This document shows positions 19,601 to 28,402 of a DNA stretch of 64,000 nt, piece after piece. Positions within the stretch are counted from its first letter, which is position 1, and each line of letters begins with the position of its first letter. Where the stretch lies: the IMG/VR virus record IMGVR_UViG_3300022908_000070, positions 1,185-65,184 of that record. The stretch is one strand, 5' to 3'. This DNA comes from a virus (lineage: Duplodnaviria > Caudoviricetes). The notes under the pieces were generated by a model. That model was not told the DNA's origin. It saw only the letters and a program-made list of their open reading frames with translations, and did no database searches. The translations under genes and the position numbers were made by a program.

Positions 19601-20293
19601 TGTGTACCCTGAAGGAACAACGGAGTCCGCTTTGAGCTTATATAAAGTCAGGAGGGCATTGAAGTTTGCCGTCAGGCTGTCCGCCAACTTATTTTTGTTC
19701 GCTATCGTCGTATACCCGGAAAGACGGACCGAATCCGTTGACAATTTGTACAAACTGATCAACGCATTGAAATTGGCCGTAAGACTATCAGCAAGCTTGT
19801 TTTTGTTGGCGATGGTGGTGTATCCCGAGAGTCTTACTGAGTCCGTGCTCAGTTTGAAAAGAGAGTTGAAGATAGCTGTAAGGCTGTCGGCGAGTTTAAG
19901 GCGGTTCGCGTTTGTGCTATACCCAGATAATGATACAGAATCGGATTTATCCTTTTTGGCGTTGATCCGGTTCGAAAGGGAGGTGGTGTCGGTTGAGCCA
20001 CCGGTGCCTGAGCCAATTTCAGTCCAAATGTGTCCCCCCGTCAGGACTGTGTCTCGCTTATACTGCTTTCCATTGCCGATAATTTGAATTATCAGGCCAA
20101 GTTCGTCTTTGCCGTTATGTAGCCCATGGGCCGTATCTACGACCGTCGGGATAGCTAGATTAAACATGACCTTTTGCCGATAATCTATTACTCTCACGGT
20201 TGAATCGCCGCGTGTCAGGCTTGGCTGCTGTCCATATGCCAATGTGCTCGAAAAGAGCAGGAATGCTGTAATTAACTTATAATACAAACGCAT
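16640..20293 (-). CDS. Large tail-fibre-position protein with signal peptide, 36-aa repeats and SGNH-hydrolase-like domain
   Basis: Start MRLYYKLITAFLLFSSTLAYG/QQ; GTPAASDGQIQINNSGAFG fibre-like linker; SGNH blocks FDNSI, GEFND, DGIHP. Confidence 0.75.
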   Translation of the reverse strand: MRLYYKLITAFLLFSSTLAYGQQPSLTRGDSTVRVIDYRQKVMFNLAIPTVVDTAHGLHNGKDELGLIIQIIGNGKQYKRDTVLTGGHIWTEIGSGTGGSTDTTSLSNRINAKKDKSDSVSLSGYSTNANRLKLADSLTAIFNSLFKLSTDSVRLSGYTTIANKNKLADSLTANFNALISLYKLSTDSVRLSGYTTIANKNKLADSLTANFNALLTLYKLKADSVVPSGYTTVAHTNKVADSLRAVFNNLLLGKVDTGTKANIYFQKDGGRGIMLGRGHDSVIALKGIIDSGAAHVYLNPDSTVTVYVDPAAAAFDSAATQGGGFHTDGFNQGKYIQIKDSTSYATFKRLYKTLDSLNLIILHKGDSSGVGYTTLARTRKVIDSLGAVISASSGTPAASDGQIQINNSGAFGTVTNLKVNKTTGTLNSDSSRTHLDYIDSSQYTNLGGLLYPTTMSTFDNSIGVGYPYTDTTIRWSYQLASKVLHVQEKNYSVSSTGVATAIANMNKQVNPGHSTFTNFGGEFNDVRQNGLPRPTSQKVLNAMKAAIANQFAKKQVPAGSTGLGVTRYGSWTTPWDATLQTGKFTNAAYTSTANDSLVYQFTDSTVFLVPLGNSGLNGYTGSAFSVYIDNVLQFSGTTVQQSDGKVDVSSYSNDCIPMAFFITGLTNAAHTLKIVKTGSGLFIMDYVGNLVDKKKAYGIMLIQATHMNSTGYATAPANSTQALQDTLNGRIDSLKAQTLPGYPILVSHVNTYFNIATDLYTDGIHPDTLGYYHHYQADSLAVVSYTNTPIAPGMVYYMRNGLHVRRNDNTDARIMTAEDSIGVMNQTAYPQTGGFNVLNHSYIGDKLSANLVDVGGGITSEKNARMTVGWNQFGNLISFYDPTGSTNQKLIDIYKPYGSASLQFRAVLDNEVSANTFLQFNYSGSGNTILNAQFNSTVRANTTSGNGIDIIPYAGEIGVNASSFVVSGTYQHMAANGSASSGLQYYLKNTSSASGAYANGYFESNGTTGNSAPLLTFRSTVWGRDYYAGLDPSDSSFKVSTGNNVQFGAGSTPLFKIDRLGKHYMLQTPATGSSGDSVLVRVTGTGELKWVSQSSLSGGSSMPFSTITTTGSAPSFSLGGAVPTGGGGAPSSMGSGSNLIKGSFQFTSGTGTGTGSTIATFTMPTSATYVVILQPTSPTIAHVYVQHTSGTTWTITLQGSDTIAASTNYSWDYIIMQ
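19545..19960 (-). repeat. Four ~36-aa tandem coding repeats
   Basis: (K)..DSV..SGY.T.A...K.ADSL.A.FN repeated four times. Confidence 0.85.
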
Positions 20294-20651
20294 AAAAATG
20301 AAAATTTGATGTTGTTGCGTCAAAGTCCGGAATCAGGATTCTGAACCCACCTCCAGGCAGGTCCGTCCATTCTCCATTGGCTTTAATCAAGAACCTCGAA
20401 TTCTCATTAAAGAACACTGCTATATTCTTACCCGCTAAAGTTGTAAGCGGGCAGTCTGTTGCATTGATAAAATTTGCGCTCGTCAATTCCACCACCGTAG
20501 ACCCGTTGCCGCCTCCACCACCATATGAATCCGCCAGGTCGGTGATCATTAACAGAATTCTGTTCAACCCCATATCATGGAAGGCCTCGACCGCATAATT
20601 GCGAACGATCTTATTAATAAGGGTCTTTATGTTTTCTGCATTTGCACTCAT
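20277..20651 (-). CDS. Hypothetical structural protein
   Basis: 124 aa; C-terminal domain similar to that of 27497-28183. Confidence 0.7.
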   Translation of the reverse strand: MSANAENIKTLINKIVRNYAVEAFHDMGLNRILLMITDLADSYGGGGGNGSTVVELTSANFINATDCPLTTLAGKNIAVFFNENSRFLIKANGEWTDLPGGGFRILIPDFDATTSNFHFYAFVL

Positions 20652-20652
20652 A

Positions 20653-21936
20653 TTATAATCCTGCTACCTGCGTTATTGAATAATCATCCCCGTTTGGAAT
20701 GAAAGTAAATTGCAATATGTTTCCAAACGCTTGATCTTGTGTTTCTCCGAATAATTGCGTCGTGAGCGTTACGTCGTCCACCGTCATTTCAATGTGTGTC
20801 ATACTTACATGAGGATCAGGCCCTACCGCTTCCATAAATGCCTTTACAGAACTTCCAACCGGAAGATTTAAAGTGCCTGTTTTATTTCCGGTTTCCGATA
20901 CGGTTAATACCCCGTTTATGTAGATCCTGAAGAAAGTATGATAGGGTGCGTTGTAACTTGTATTGAAAGTGTAGTTCAAAATAGACTGCGACGGCTGTAC
21001 GGATATAGTGAAATTTTTAACGAATCCCGTTCCTTCAATATTATTAGCGCAGATAGGAACCATTTCCACTGTATGACCACCTACCGACAAGCTTCCCATA
21101 TACACCGGATTGGCGATCAGGGCTGGTTGCCATGGGCCGCCATCGATCCGATATTTCATTTGAGTAGCGGCGCCGGCATATACGGCTGTTGCAGTAGCCG
21201 GGCCACTCGTAATGGTTATATCGGATATAACTGTACCACATGTCAAAGACTGAGTAACTACGAAATCTTGAGCTAGTCCCGTCCCTTCATATCCGTTAAC
21301 GCACACTGGTATCATCTCAATTGAGTGGCTTCCCAAAGACAACCCTGGCACACTTAAAACCAAATCCGCCAATGCAAAAACATAATCCCCGGTATCGTCG
21401 ATTCGATATTTTATCTGATATGCCTCTCCGGTGTAGGTATATGATACATGCACTATGCCATCTTCTGCGGTCTGACCATCAACAACGATGGCGTCTATTA
21501 CTGTAGGACAAGGGGTAAATCCGTCGAACATATCCATTTTGCCGTTACCCTGAAGTTGAAAATCATTCTTAACAAGGGTGCCCACCGAAAAACTAAAGGT
21601 GGATGTTTCAATCATTACATAGCCCTGGATAGTCTTCGCATTTCCCTCCTGGTCCTGAAAGCTGCACCGAGCAAGTACATGGTTAAAATTGAAGCTGTTA
21701 TCCAGCATATCCCATCCGGTCCAGTTGTCGGTGTCGAAAACCAGCAACCCAGAAAGGGTGATGGAGAACTCCGAATCCTGGTAGGTATACTTTTTCCAAT
21801 GCCCGTCTCCCCTGGTTCTGATCGGAAGTTTTGTATTACTTATTTCAATAGAAACATCTGTCCCACAAACAAAAGGAACCCAGTCGTTTTTAAACAGGCT
21901 TACTACGGCGTCATTTCCTTGTATGGTGTTATTTAT
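20653..21936 (-). CDS. Tail-tube-like domain plus two FN3/Ig-like repeats (minor tail protein)
   Basis: Frame open 63 codons upstream of the TTG at 21747, back to ATA at 21936; IQGNDAVV..PFVCGTDVSIEI..GHWKKY..SITLSGL; repeats KYRID...G.H..EM.P.C.N..EGTG. Confidence 0.7.
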   Translation of the reverse strand: MNNTIQGNDAVVSLFKNDWVPFVCGTDVSIEISNTKLPIRTRGDGHWKKYTYQDSEFSITLSGLLVFDTDNWTGWDMLDNSFNFNHVLARCSFQDQEGNAKTIQGYVMIETSTFSFSVGTLVKNDFQLQGNGKMDMFDGFTPCPTVIDAIVVDGQTAEDGIVHVSYTYTGEAYQIKYRIDDTGDYVFALADLVLSVPGLSLGSHSIEMIPVCVNGYEGTGLAQDFVVTQSLTCGTVISDITITSGPATATAVYAGAATQMKYRIDGGPWQPALIANPVYMGSLSVGGHTVEMVPICANNIEGTGFVKNFTISVQPSQSILNYTFNTSYNAPYHTFFRIYINGVLTVSETGNKTGTLNLPVGSSVKAFMEAVGPDPHVSMTHIEMTVDDVTLTTQLFGETQDQAFGNILQFTFIPNGDDYSITQVAGL

Positions 21937-24134
21937 TGAAATAAATAGGAGAATTTATATTGGTCAGGTAAAATGAATCCATCGGCATTCTGGTCGGCCA
22001 GGGTTTCGACAAAGACTCCCCGCCATTGGCCGGTTGCGTAGTCCTTTTCATAGCTCGTTAGCATATATCTTTTGGTAGGCTCATCGCCCTCTATGAAAGA
22101 ATAGCTTCCGAGATAACCGTTCATCCGAATGACGTATAAGTTATCCTTTGGCAGATAGACAAGGCCCCTCCAGGTTCCCTCAAGTTTTTGGTTCATCCGG
22201 AATAGATGGTTGTACATGATCCGCTCCATCAGCTGGGCAAACCGGAAGCTTTCTGTTATTCCAGCCCTTTCCCAGGTGGGTCGGCATAGGTCGCCATTCG
22301 CTAGCAGGAGCGCGCCTTTAAAATACCGCTTCGGGCTGTCCGAGATCTCTACATCGTCGGACTCCGTCTGCTTGATGGCATTGTTCGATCCGGAGAAATT
22401 GTAATCACCTTTCAGCGCCTTATATGACCCCTGTAAATAAGGGACGATTGTTACTTGCAGGTTTTTATACCACTGTTCGTCATTCGCGGGACCGTTGGAA
22501 GTGGTCAGCAATATCTTCACGGTTCCGGATACCGGAGCTATAAGAGGGTAAACTGAACCCATCTGCATAGTAATCCAGTCCGTTGCCTTATCTGAAGAAG
22601 TACCCTCATATCCGTAACCGGGTGTGCCGTTGAATCCGCTGGCCGCGTTACGAAACTGGCTATTCGTGGCAAACCATTGGGCCCTGTTCGAAAATGGATC
22701 CGCTATTCCAGGCCCCTCGGCTCCGTTTACGGCCCAGAAAGTCCCGTCATCGCCGGTAAGGGTTACGATAATATTGCCGTAGGAAGGTCCTCCTGCGCGA
22801 GTATTTTTCCACCTTGCGGTAACGGATATTTGCAAGGCGTCGGATGTGTCAATATAAAAAGTAGAGGATTCTAAATAGGATAACACCGAGGTGGCTTCAA
22901 TAACCGAGTATCTTTCTTTCTCATAATCCAGTTGATCCAATACCGACCTTATGTAAGCTCTTTTATCCGGAGTCGTGGCGGGATAAGGGTTTTTGAAAAC
23001 ATCCGCGTTCGTGCCGTTACTAAGCGCCCAGCAATAAACATCATATCCTTCTGTCTTCAGATCAACCGGCGGCTGTATAGATGGGTCTAAGATTGAGCTA
23101 CTGATAACGGCATCGTACGTCGCGTTCCTATCTCCTTCGGCAAAATCCTGATTGCAAACTTTATTTTGAGACTGATCGTAATTGTAGGTGAGCTTTATCC
23201 ATTTCGTCGCCAGCTTCAGATATATAATCTGATCTTCGTTGACCGGGTGAATGATTTCTTGACGGCCAATAGCTATGCTGTAGTCCTGAGACAGTCCTGA
23301 TCCAACCGCCGTCACGGGAACAATCCCGCTTACTGGGCTTCCAAATTGGTATTCCCGATATGTAAAGCCGGCTGGGTTCAGGTATTCGTACAAGGAAACC
23401 AAATTCCAGACACCATCCTCCTGGAAGAGACGACATCGGAAACACCTTACTATCTTTTCCAGCGCCGTATAACAGTCGTCCGCCGATGTAGCGTTTACGT
23501 CAACCGACGGGTCATCCGGAGTGGAATTGAAGGCATCGCCCTGTGAGAACGTGATGGCGCTTAAATAGACCTGTTCCAGGGCGCCTATATTCTGATTGAA
23601 GGAAGATTCGAAGAAATTGAAATAGACCCGCAGATTGAGGGTTTGGCCGGTCTTGTGTAATATTTGAGCAATCCAGGAGAGTACGGATTGGATGCCGACA
23701 AATCGAAGGCTATCCGTGTCTTCCAGGTCGACGCCCTTGAGCAGGCCCAACCCATCCAGTGCGCGAATGGAAAGAACAAAAGGCTTGTCTAAAAACGGCT
23801 GGCTATTATCTTCAACAACTACGAAACCCTGAAAAACAGACTTTGTGTAATCCTCGTCCCGGTAGATGGTAACCCGGATTTGGTTATCCTGAGACGCAAC
23901 TAGGTCGGCTATGGTAATATCCGTATCCTCTTCGACCACTATATTTATCAGGGCTTCGGTGCCTATAATCGATTCCAACTTATTCTCGTCGCCAGCTGTT
24001 GATCGAAGAGTCAATACGTCGTCCGTTCCTTTCAGGATGGTAGGGTCGCCAACAAAATCCAGATATTCCAGATAGATCTCGTAGAACTCATCGAGATCGT
24101 TATCAAATGGCAATATGTACCTGGTATTATACAA
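21933..24134 (-). CDS. Tail tip / minor tail structural protein
   Basis: 733 aa directly after tape measure; A.DGLGLLK motif common in Bacteroidota siphovirus tail proteins. Confidence 0.7.
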   Translation of the reverse strand: MYNTRYILPFDNDLDEFYEIYLEYLDFVGDPTILKGTDDVLTLRSTAGDENKLESIIGTEALINIVVEEDTDITIADLVASQDNQIRVTIYRDEDYTKSVFQGFVVVEDNSQPFLDKPFVLSIRALDGLGLLKGVDLEDTDSLRFVGIQSVLSWIAQILHKTGQTLNLRVYFNFFESSFNQNIGALEQVYLSAITFSQGDAFNSTPDDPSVDVNATSADDCYTALEKIVRCFRCRLFQEDGVWNLVSLYEYLNPAGFTYREYQFGSPVSGIVPVTAVGSGLSQDYSIAIGRQEIIHPVNEDQIIYLKLATKWIKLTYNYDQSQNKVCNQDFAEGDRNATYDAVISSSILDPSIQPPVDLKTEGYDVYCWALSNGTNADVFKNPYPATTPDKRAYIRSVLDQLDYEKERYSVIEATSVLSYLESSTFYIDTSDALQISVTARWKNTRAGGPSYGNIIVTLTGDDGTFWAVNGAEGPGIADPFSNRAQWFATNSQFRNAASGFNGTPGYGYEGTSSDKATDWITMQMGSVYPLIAPVSGTVKILLTTSNGPANDEQWYKNLQVTIVPYLQGSYKALKGDYNFSGSNNAIKQTESDDVEISDSPKRYFKGALLLANGDLCRPTWERAGITESFRFAQLMERIMYNHLFRMNQKLEGTWRGLVYLPKDNLYVIRMNGYLGSYSFIEGDEPTKRYMLTSYEKDYATGQWRGVFVETLADQNADGFILPDQYKFSYLFQ

Positions 24135-26298
24135 GCGAGTTGTTTTTATTGGACCGGGCCAATGCCAGACGAATATTGTTTCCTGAGATCATCCCCCGGA
24201 CATTGATGTCCTGCGGTCCTCTACCCTGAGTAGATTGAACGAACCTGTTTAACTGGCTGAGTGGGAATATGACTTCCGGGCCAGCCTCACCCACGAGTCC
24301 CAGGGTAGGGCCGGTGACGATGCCGCCGGTAGCAAAAGCATGGGCGCCAGTTTTTGATACTGAGTTTTTAAGCACTTCGCCCAGAGCAATTGCGCCTATA
24401 CCAATTGCGATACCTGCGATAGGATCTTTGAAAAGGCTGTCCAATGCGACTTTTATTCCTTTGATAATAGTGCTAGCCAATATCAACTCCTTGCCTACCG
24501 CTATCAGGCCGTTGCCGAGTATTTCACCAAACGCAGCAATGGACTTATCAAAACTAACGCCCGTTAACGCATCCCCGATCGCTATACCCACCTGATCGAA
24601 TCCGGCCGCGGCGACACCTTGCACGATTGACGTTGCGGCCTTGTTCAAATCCCTCAATACGCCATCTGCTATTGTTTTTTCATCGACAATTGCTTGAATC
24701 TTAGGAGTCCATCTGATTGTCGGTAGATTTTTCTGTGCGTCATCTGTGATCTGCTTTAATAGGTATCCTTGATCTGTTTTATTCAGCCCCGAATCCTCTA
24801 TAGCCAGCTTTATATCAGCCGGCACTTTTAATTGTATTTGCTTGCCAAACGTTTTTTCTATCTGACTTTCCAATTTCTCCGTTGACTTTACTGCATCCTC
24901 TGGATTCGCCAGCGTGAAATCGACACTGGAAAGCAGGTTGGGATTTTTGATCCGGGCAATCTGCCGGTTTACCAGTTCGATCAGCGTTTTTACCTCAGTG
25001 GCCGCTTCGGGTGTGCCGAGTTCGGCGCCCTTTTTTATGGCGTCTGCTATCTGTTTTTGTAATAGTGCAACGCCGTTGAGTTTATCATCAGCGATAGAAT
25101 CCCGCAGCCGAGTAAACAAGGTTCTCGTATCAACTTTATCCAGGGACTTCTGCGCTGCCTCAATTTGTTTAAGCAGATCATCTGTGGGGCCTTTTTTACC
25201 AGCCGGCTCATCCTTCAGGGGCTTCTGCAATAATTGCAGGGCAATATTCTTATTTAGCTCCCCATTGTAGGTTGCTATGGCCGTCCGCAGATCCAACACT
25301 GCCGCCCTTTGCTTTTCGTAAGCAGTATTCGCCGCGTCAAGCGCTTCAAGATTTTTATTGGTTAGAATATCTGGACCGCCTCCCGCTACATTGCCGGCAG
25401 ATGCGGCAATCGGCCCCTGTTTGGTGACGGCCGCCTGCGCTCTATCTCTGGCGTCCCTCAGTTTATCGAGTACGTGAGCCTGTTTTTCCAATTCACTGGA
25501 AACCTTGGCTATCTCATCCACCTGCCCTTTAACAATCGCTTCGGTGATAAGCGCCTGGCTATATTCATTGACGCGACCGGCAAGCGTTTTTAGCGAGTTG
25601 GCTTCCAGGGTCAAATCCCCGAAATAAGCTTTATTAGTTTCCCTTAATTCGATGAGTGCGTTCTGCCTCTCCTTGTACGACTTATTGGTATCCTGGATGG
25701 CTGCTGCCAAGGCTCGCACCCTGGCGATATTGCCTTGTTCGCCGCCGGTAGCCGAAAGGGTTATATCCCCGGCTTCTTTCAGGCCGTCAATAGCTTTTTG
25801 AAGCGCTATTACATCTTCTGATGCCTTTTTAGCCGTCCTGCCCGTTCCATCCAGCCCCTCGTCAAATATTCCTATGGACTTGGCCGCCTCAAGCAGGCCG
25901 GCCCCTATCGCTCCGAATATCCCCGCCACTCCGATGCCCGGAAGTACAAAAGCGAGTTTGCGAATGGAACTAAATGCACTGGTGGCAAACCCTGCAACAT
26001 TACCCCCCGCGTTTTTCACTTTATTGCCGAACTCGTCGAATCCTTCAACGCCTATTTTCCCCAGTCGGGAAGACTCGGCGCTGAGATCTTTAATTGCACG
26101 GTTTAATACCTGCAACTCTGCCGGATCTCCTACTTCCTTCTGTGCGTCGCGCAATGACTTCAGCGCCTGGTTGATCGCCGTTATATTACCAACGCCTTCA
26201 ACCGCCAGCTCTCCCGTTGCGTCGGTCAGGTCCGAAAGCTTCAAAATAGCCTCCCGAACATCTGCGCTAATTTTTATTTTCAGACCGACGTCACTCAT
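24127..26298 (-). CDS. Tape measure protein
   Basis: Ala/Gly-rich helical 723 aa; C-terminal AFATGGIVTGPT..LVGEAGPEVIFPL. Confidence 0.9.
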   Translation of the reverse strand: MSDVGLKIKISADVREAILKLSDLTDATGELAVEGVGNITAINQALKSLRDAQKEVGDPAELQVLNRAIKDLSAESSRLGKIGVEGFDEFGNKVKNAGGNVAGFATSAFSSIRKLAFVLPGIGVAGIFGAIGAGLLEAAKSIGIFDEGLDGTGRTAKKASEDVIALQKAIDGLKEAGDITLSATGGEQGNIARVRALAAAIQDTNKSYKERQNALIELRETNKAYFGDLTLEANSLKTLAGRVNEYSQALITEAIVKGQVDEIAKVSSELEKQAHVLDKLRDARDRAQAAVTKQGPIAASAGNVAGGGPDILTNKNLEALDAANTAYEKQRAAVLDLRTAIATYNGELNKNIALQLLQKPLKDEPAGKKGPTDDLLKQIEAAQKSLDKVDTRTLFTRLRDSIADDKLNGVALLQKQIADAIKKGAELGTPEAATEVKTLIELVNRQIARIKNPNLLSSVDFTLANPEDAVKSTEKLESQIEKTFGKQIQLKVPADIKLAIEDSGLNKTDQGYLLKQITDDAQKNLPTIRWTPKIQAIVDEKTIADGVLRDLNKAATSIVQGVAAAGFDQVGIAIGDALTGVSFDKSIAAFGEILGNGLIAVGKELILASTIIKGIKVALDSLFKDPIAGIAIGIGAIALGEVLKNSVSKTGAHAFATGGIVTGPTLGLVGEAGPEVIFPLSQLNRFVQSTQGRGPQDINVRGMISGNNIRLALARSNKNNSLV

Positions 26299-26971
26299 TG
26301 CTTTTTCCCTTGTTTGTATTGGCTTAACGTATCTTTAATCTTCTGTTTGAGCCTTTTATATTCCGCATCTTCATCGGGCAGACTATCATCATCAGAGGGC
26401 AGCGGCCAAAACTTTTCAATCTTTGGAAATACCTTTTTTGGATCTCGGTTAACTGCGACGATGTGGTAACAAATGGCCCTGGTATGCTCGAATTCCTGCG
26501 ACCTTCTTTTATTATACCCTCGGGCCATGAATACATATTGCCGCCACGTGGTCCTTGTATACTCTGCTGGTGTCATCCTCAACTCACCCAGCGCGAAGGC
26601 TTCTATTTCGTCGAAATCTGGTTTTCTGTCGTCGGCGTCTCCGCTTTTTTTTTGCCGAATGCCAGTTTTATGTACTTGCTGTCTTCGAACACCTGCATCG
26701 CAGCTATAACCTCCCGTTTGATCGTTTCTTCTTCGATATTTTCAACCAGGTTGTAAAAGGACTCATAGGGGATCGTCGCCAGAGTATCCTTCATGGCGCA
26801 GCCGTTCAGGTAGCCTGCATATAGGATATGAGACAGCCCCAGTTCGTTGTAGTCTTCCCCTGATAGCAGGTCATATTGAGCCATCTTTTCGAATATGCGG
26901 CGCAATGCAGGCAACCCGAACTTCAGGACGAGCGCTTGGCCATCCACAGTTATTTGAGCGAGTCCGTTCAT
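26295..26971 (-). CDS. Tail assembly chaperone pair (G 26603-26971 and -1 frameshifted GT extension to 26295)
   Basis: A9 run at 26645-26653 (FGKKK); -1 frame is open: KSGDADDRKPDFDEIEAFALGELRMTPAEY... Confidence 0.85.
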
Positions 26972-27399
26972 TATGCAGGCACGTTTGTGGGAGTTCCCTG
27001 ACCAGTTAATGTATAGGTGAACTTGAGGACCTCATTTACGGCACCCTGCAACTCCGTTGCTGTTACCGAGCATTCGCCGGTGAGGTATATGATGCCGCCC
27101 ACTGACCCGGTTCCAGGAAACTGGACCCGGAACTCCAGAATGGTTTTTGCAAGCTGCCACGAAACGAGGTCATTATAGGTAACCTGATCGGAGGTAGGTT
27201 GTTGCTCGCAAACGGCGGAGCCGGCGGGGTTGAACTCGATAACGCCCAGGCCCACGGCTCGCCCGCAGAAGGTATCAACCGTGTTCACGGTAGTATTAAG
27301 GGGGATATTGTAGTCCGATGTACAGACCAGTGTTTTATACTCTTCTGTACCGGCTACCCGGAGCTCTATGGGAGCGTCCGACGATTGAATAGTTTGCAT
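26971..27399 (-). CDS. Major tail tube protein
   Basis: 142 aa beta-rich, ends FTYTLTGQGTP; position before chaperones. Confidence 0.8.
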   Translation of the reverse strand: MQTIQSSDAPIELRVAGTEEYKTLVCTSDYNIPLNTTVNTVDTFCGRAVGLGVIEFNPAGSAVCEQQPTSDQVTYNDLVSWQLAKTILEFRVQFPGTGSVGGIIYLTGECSVTATELQGAVNEVLKFTYTLTGQGTPTNVPA

Positions 27400-27496
27400 T
27401 TCGCTGATTTTGAGGATGAAAATTCAGCGCAATGGCGATCCTTACATATCTGTCTTAGTAGTGTGGGAAGTACATATTACGAGTGAGCGAGAAAAT

Positions 27497-28183
27497 CTAT
27501 TTCAAAAGTACGTATAAATTGTAATTATGCAAGGTTGCGTCAAAATCTTCTATCAAAATAGTAAAGCCGCCGGATAGCTGGTACTCCCAGTCCACCCCAT
27601 GTTCAAGGAACTTCGGCACATCGTTCGAGAATACTTCAAACTGTTTGCCGGCCAAATCCGGGTTGTTGTAATGGGTTGCGTCGGCAAAGTCCGCGCTTTT
27701 GATCTGGATAATGCCTTTTAATCCGAACATGGGTGCAGAGTCTAAAGTTTGACGAACGTGTTGCCTGAATGTAATGCGTCGGCGAACCATGGTACTGGCC
27801 TGGGCCAAAGTCAAATCCAGGTTGCGGTCATCTGTTACGCGGACGCAGTTTACCTGTATGCCTGTCTGAGCAATCAGGCCCGCTATTCCCGGCGAAGGGA
27901 GAACCAAGGCGAGTATTTGCCCGGCGACATTATCGACGACCTGCTTATTAGCCCTGGCTGCCTTGTAGACGATATCCAGGACAACATCTTCATCGGTATC
28001 GAAGCTCTGCATGGTGCCGGAATCATTGCCCGACTGGTTGGTAATGAGTACATATAAGTTGGTTCCAGCGTCCTGCAATTTCTTCAGGTCGTCGCTGATC
28101 GGCACACCCACCCCATTATAGAGCAAGGAGCCGTTCAGCAGCTCATAATAAGACTTTCGCAAGGGGTATTTGACGTCTATCAT
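27497..28183 (-). CDS. Tail completion/terminator protein with extra C-terminal domain
   Basis: Synteny after HK97 gp10-like gene; MID...LR..YY..LNG start. Confidence 0.65.
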   Translation of the reverse strand: MIDVKYPLRKSYYELLNGSLLYNGVGVPISDDLKKLQDAGTNLYVLITNQSGNDSGTMQSFDTDEDVVLDIVYKAARANKQVVDNVAGQILALVLPSPGIAGLIAQTGIQVNCVRVTDDRNLDLTLAQASTMVRRRITFRQHVRQTLDSAPMFGLKGIIQIKSADFADATHYNNPDLAGKQFEVFSNDVPKFLEHGVDWEYQLSGGFTILIEDFDATLHNYNLYVLLK

Positions 28184-28401
28184 TCTAATTCAAGTAGTTG
28201 ATCATCAACAGGAGTAATATGGTTATATGATCCAGTTACTGGATTAAAGTACATAGCGGCTACCTCCCACTGGGATACAGATTTGCCCTGCATGGTCTCC
28301 ACCCATTTCAGGGGTATCTTTTCTATCAAAAAAGTCAGACCGGATAAGCGGCATTTGTAAACACATCCAACAATAAGATCCTGTACTTTGTAAGTCTTCA
28401 T
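28180..28401 (-). CDS. Hypothetical protein
   Basis: 73 aa, tightly coupled to neighbours. Confidence 0.6.
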   Translation of the reverse strand: MKTYKVQDLIVGCVYKCRLSGLTFLIEKIPLKWVETMQGKSVSQWEVAAMYFNPVTGSYNHITPVDDQLLELE

Positions 28402-28402
28402 G

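Noticed and set aside
16640-20293. Diversity-generating retroelement target or CRISPR-like repeats
   Set aside because: No reverse transcriptase or cas gene seen; repeats differ at synonymous sites, not adenine-specifically
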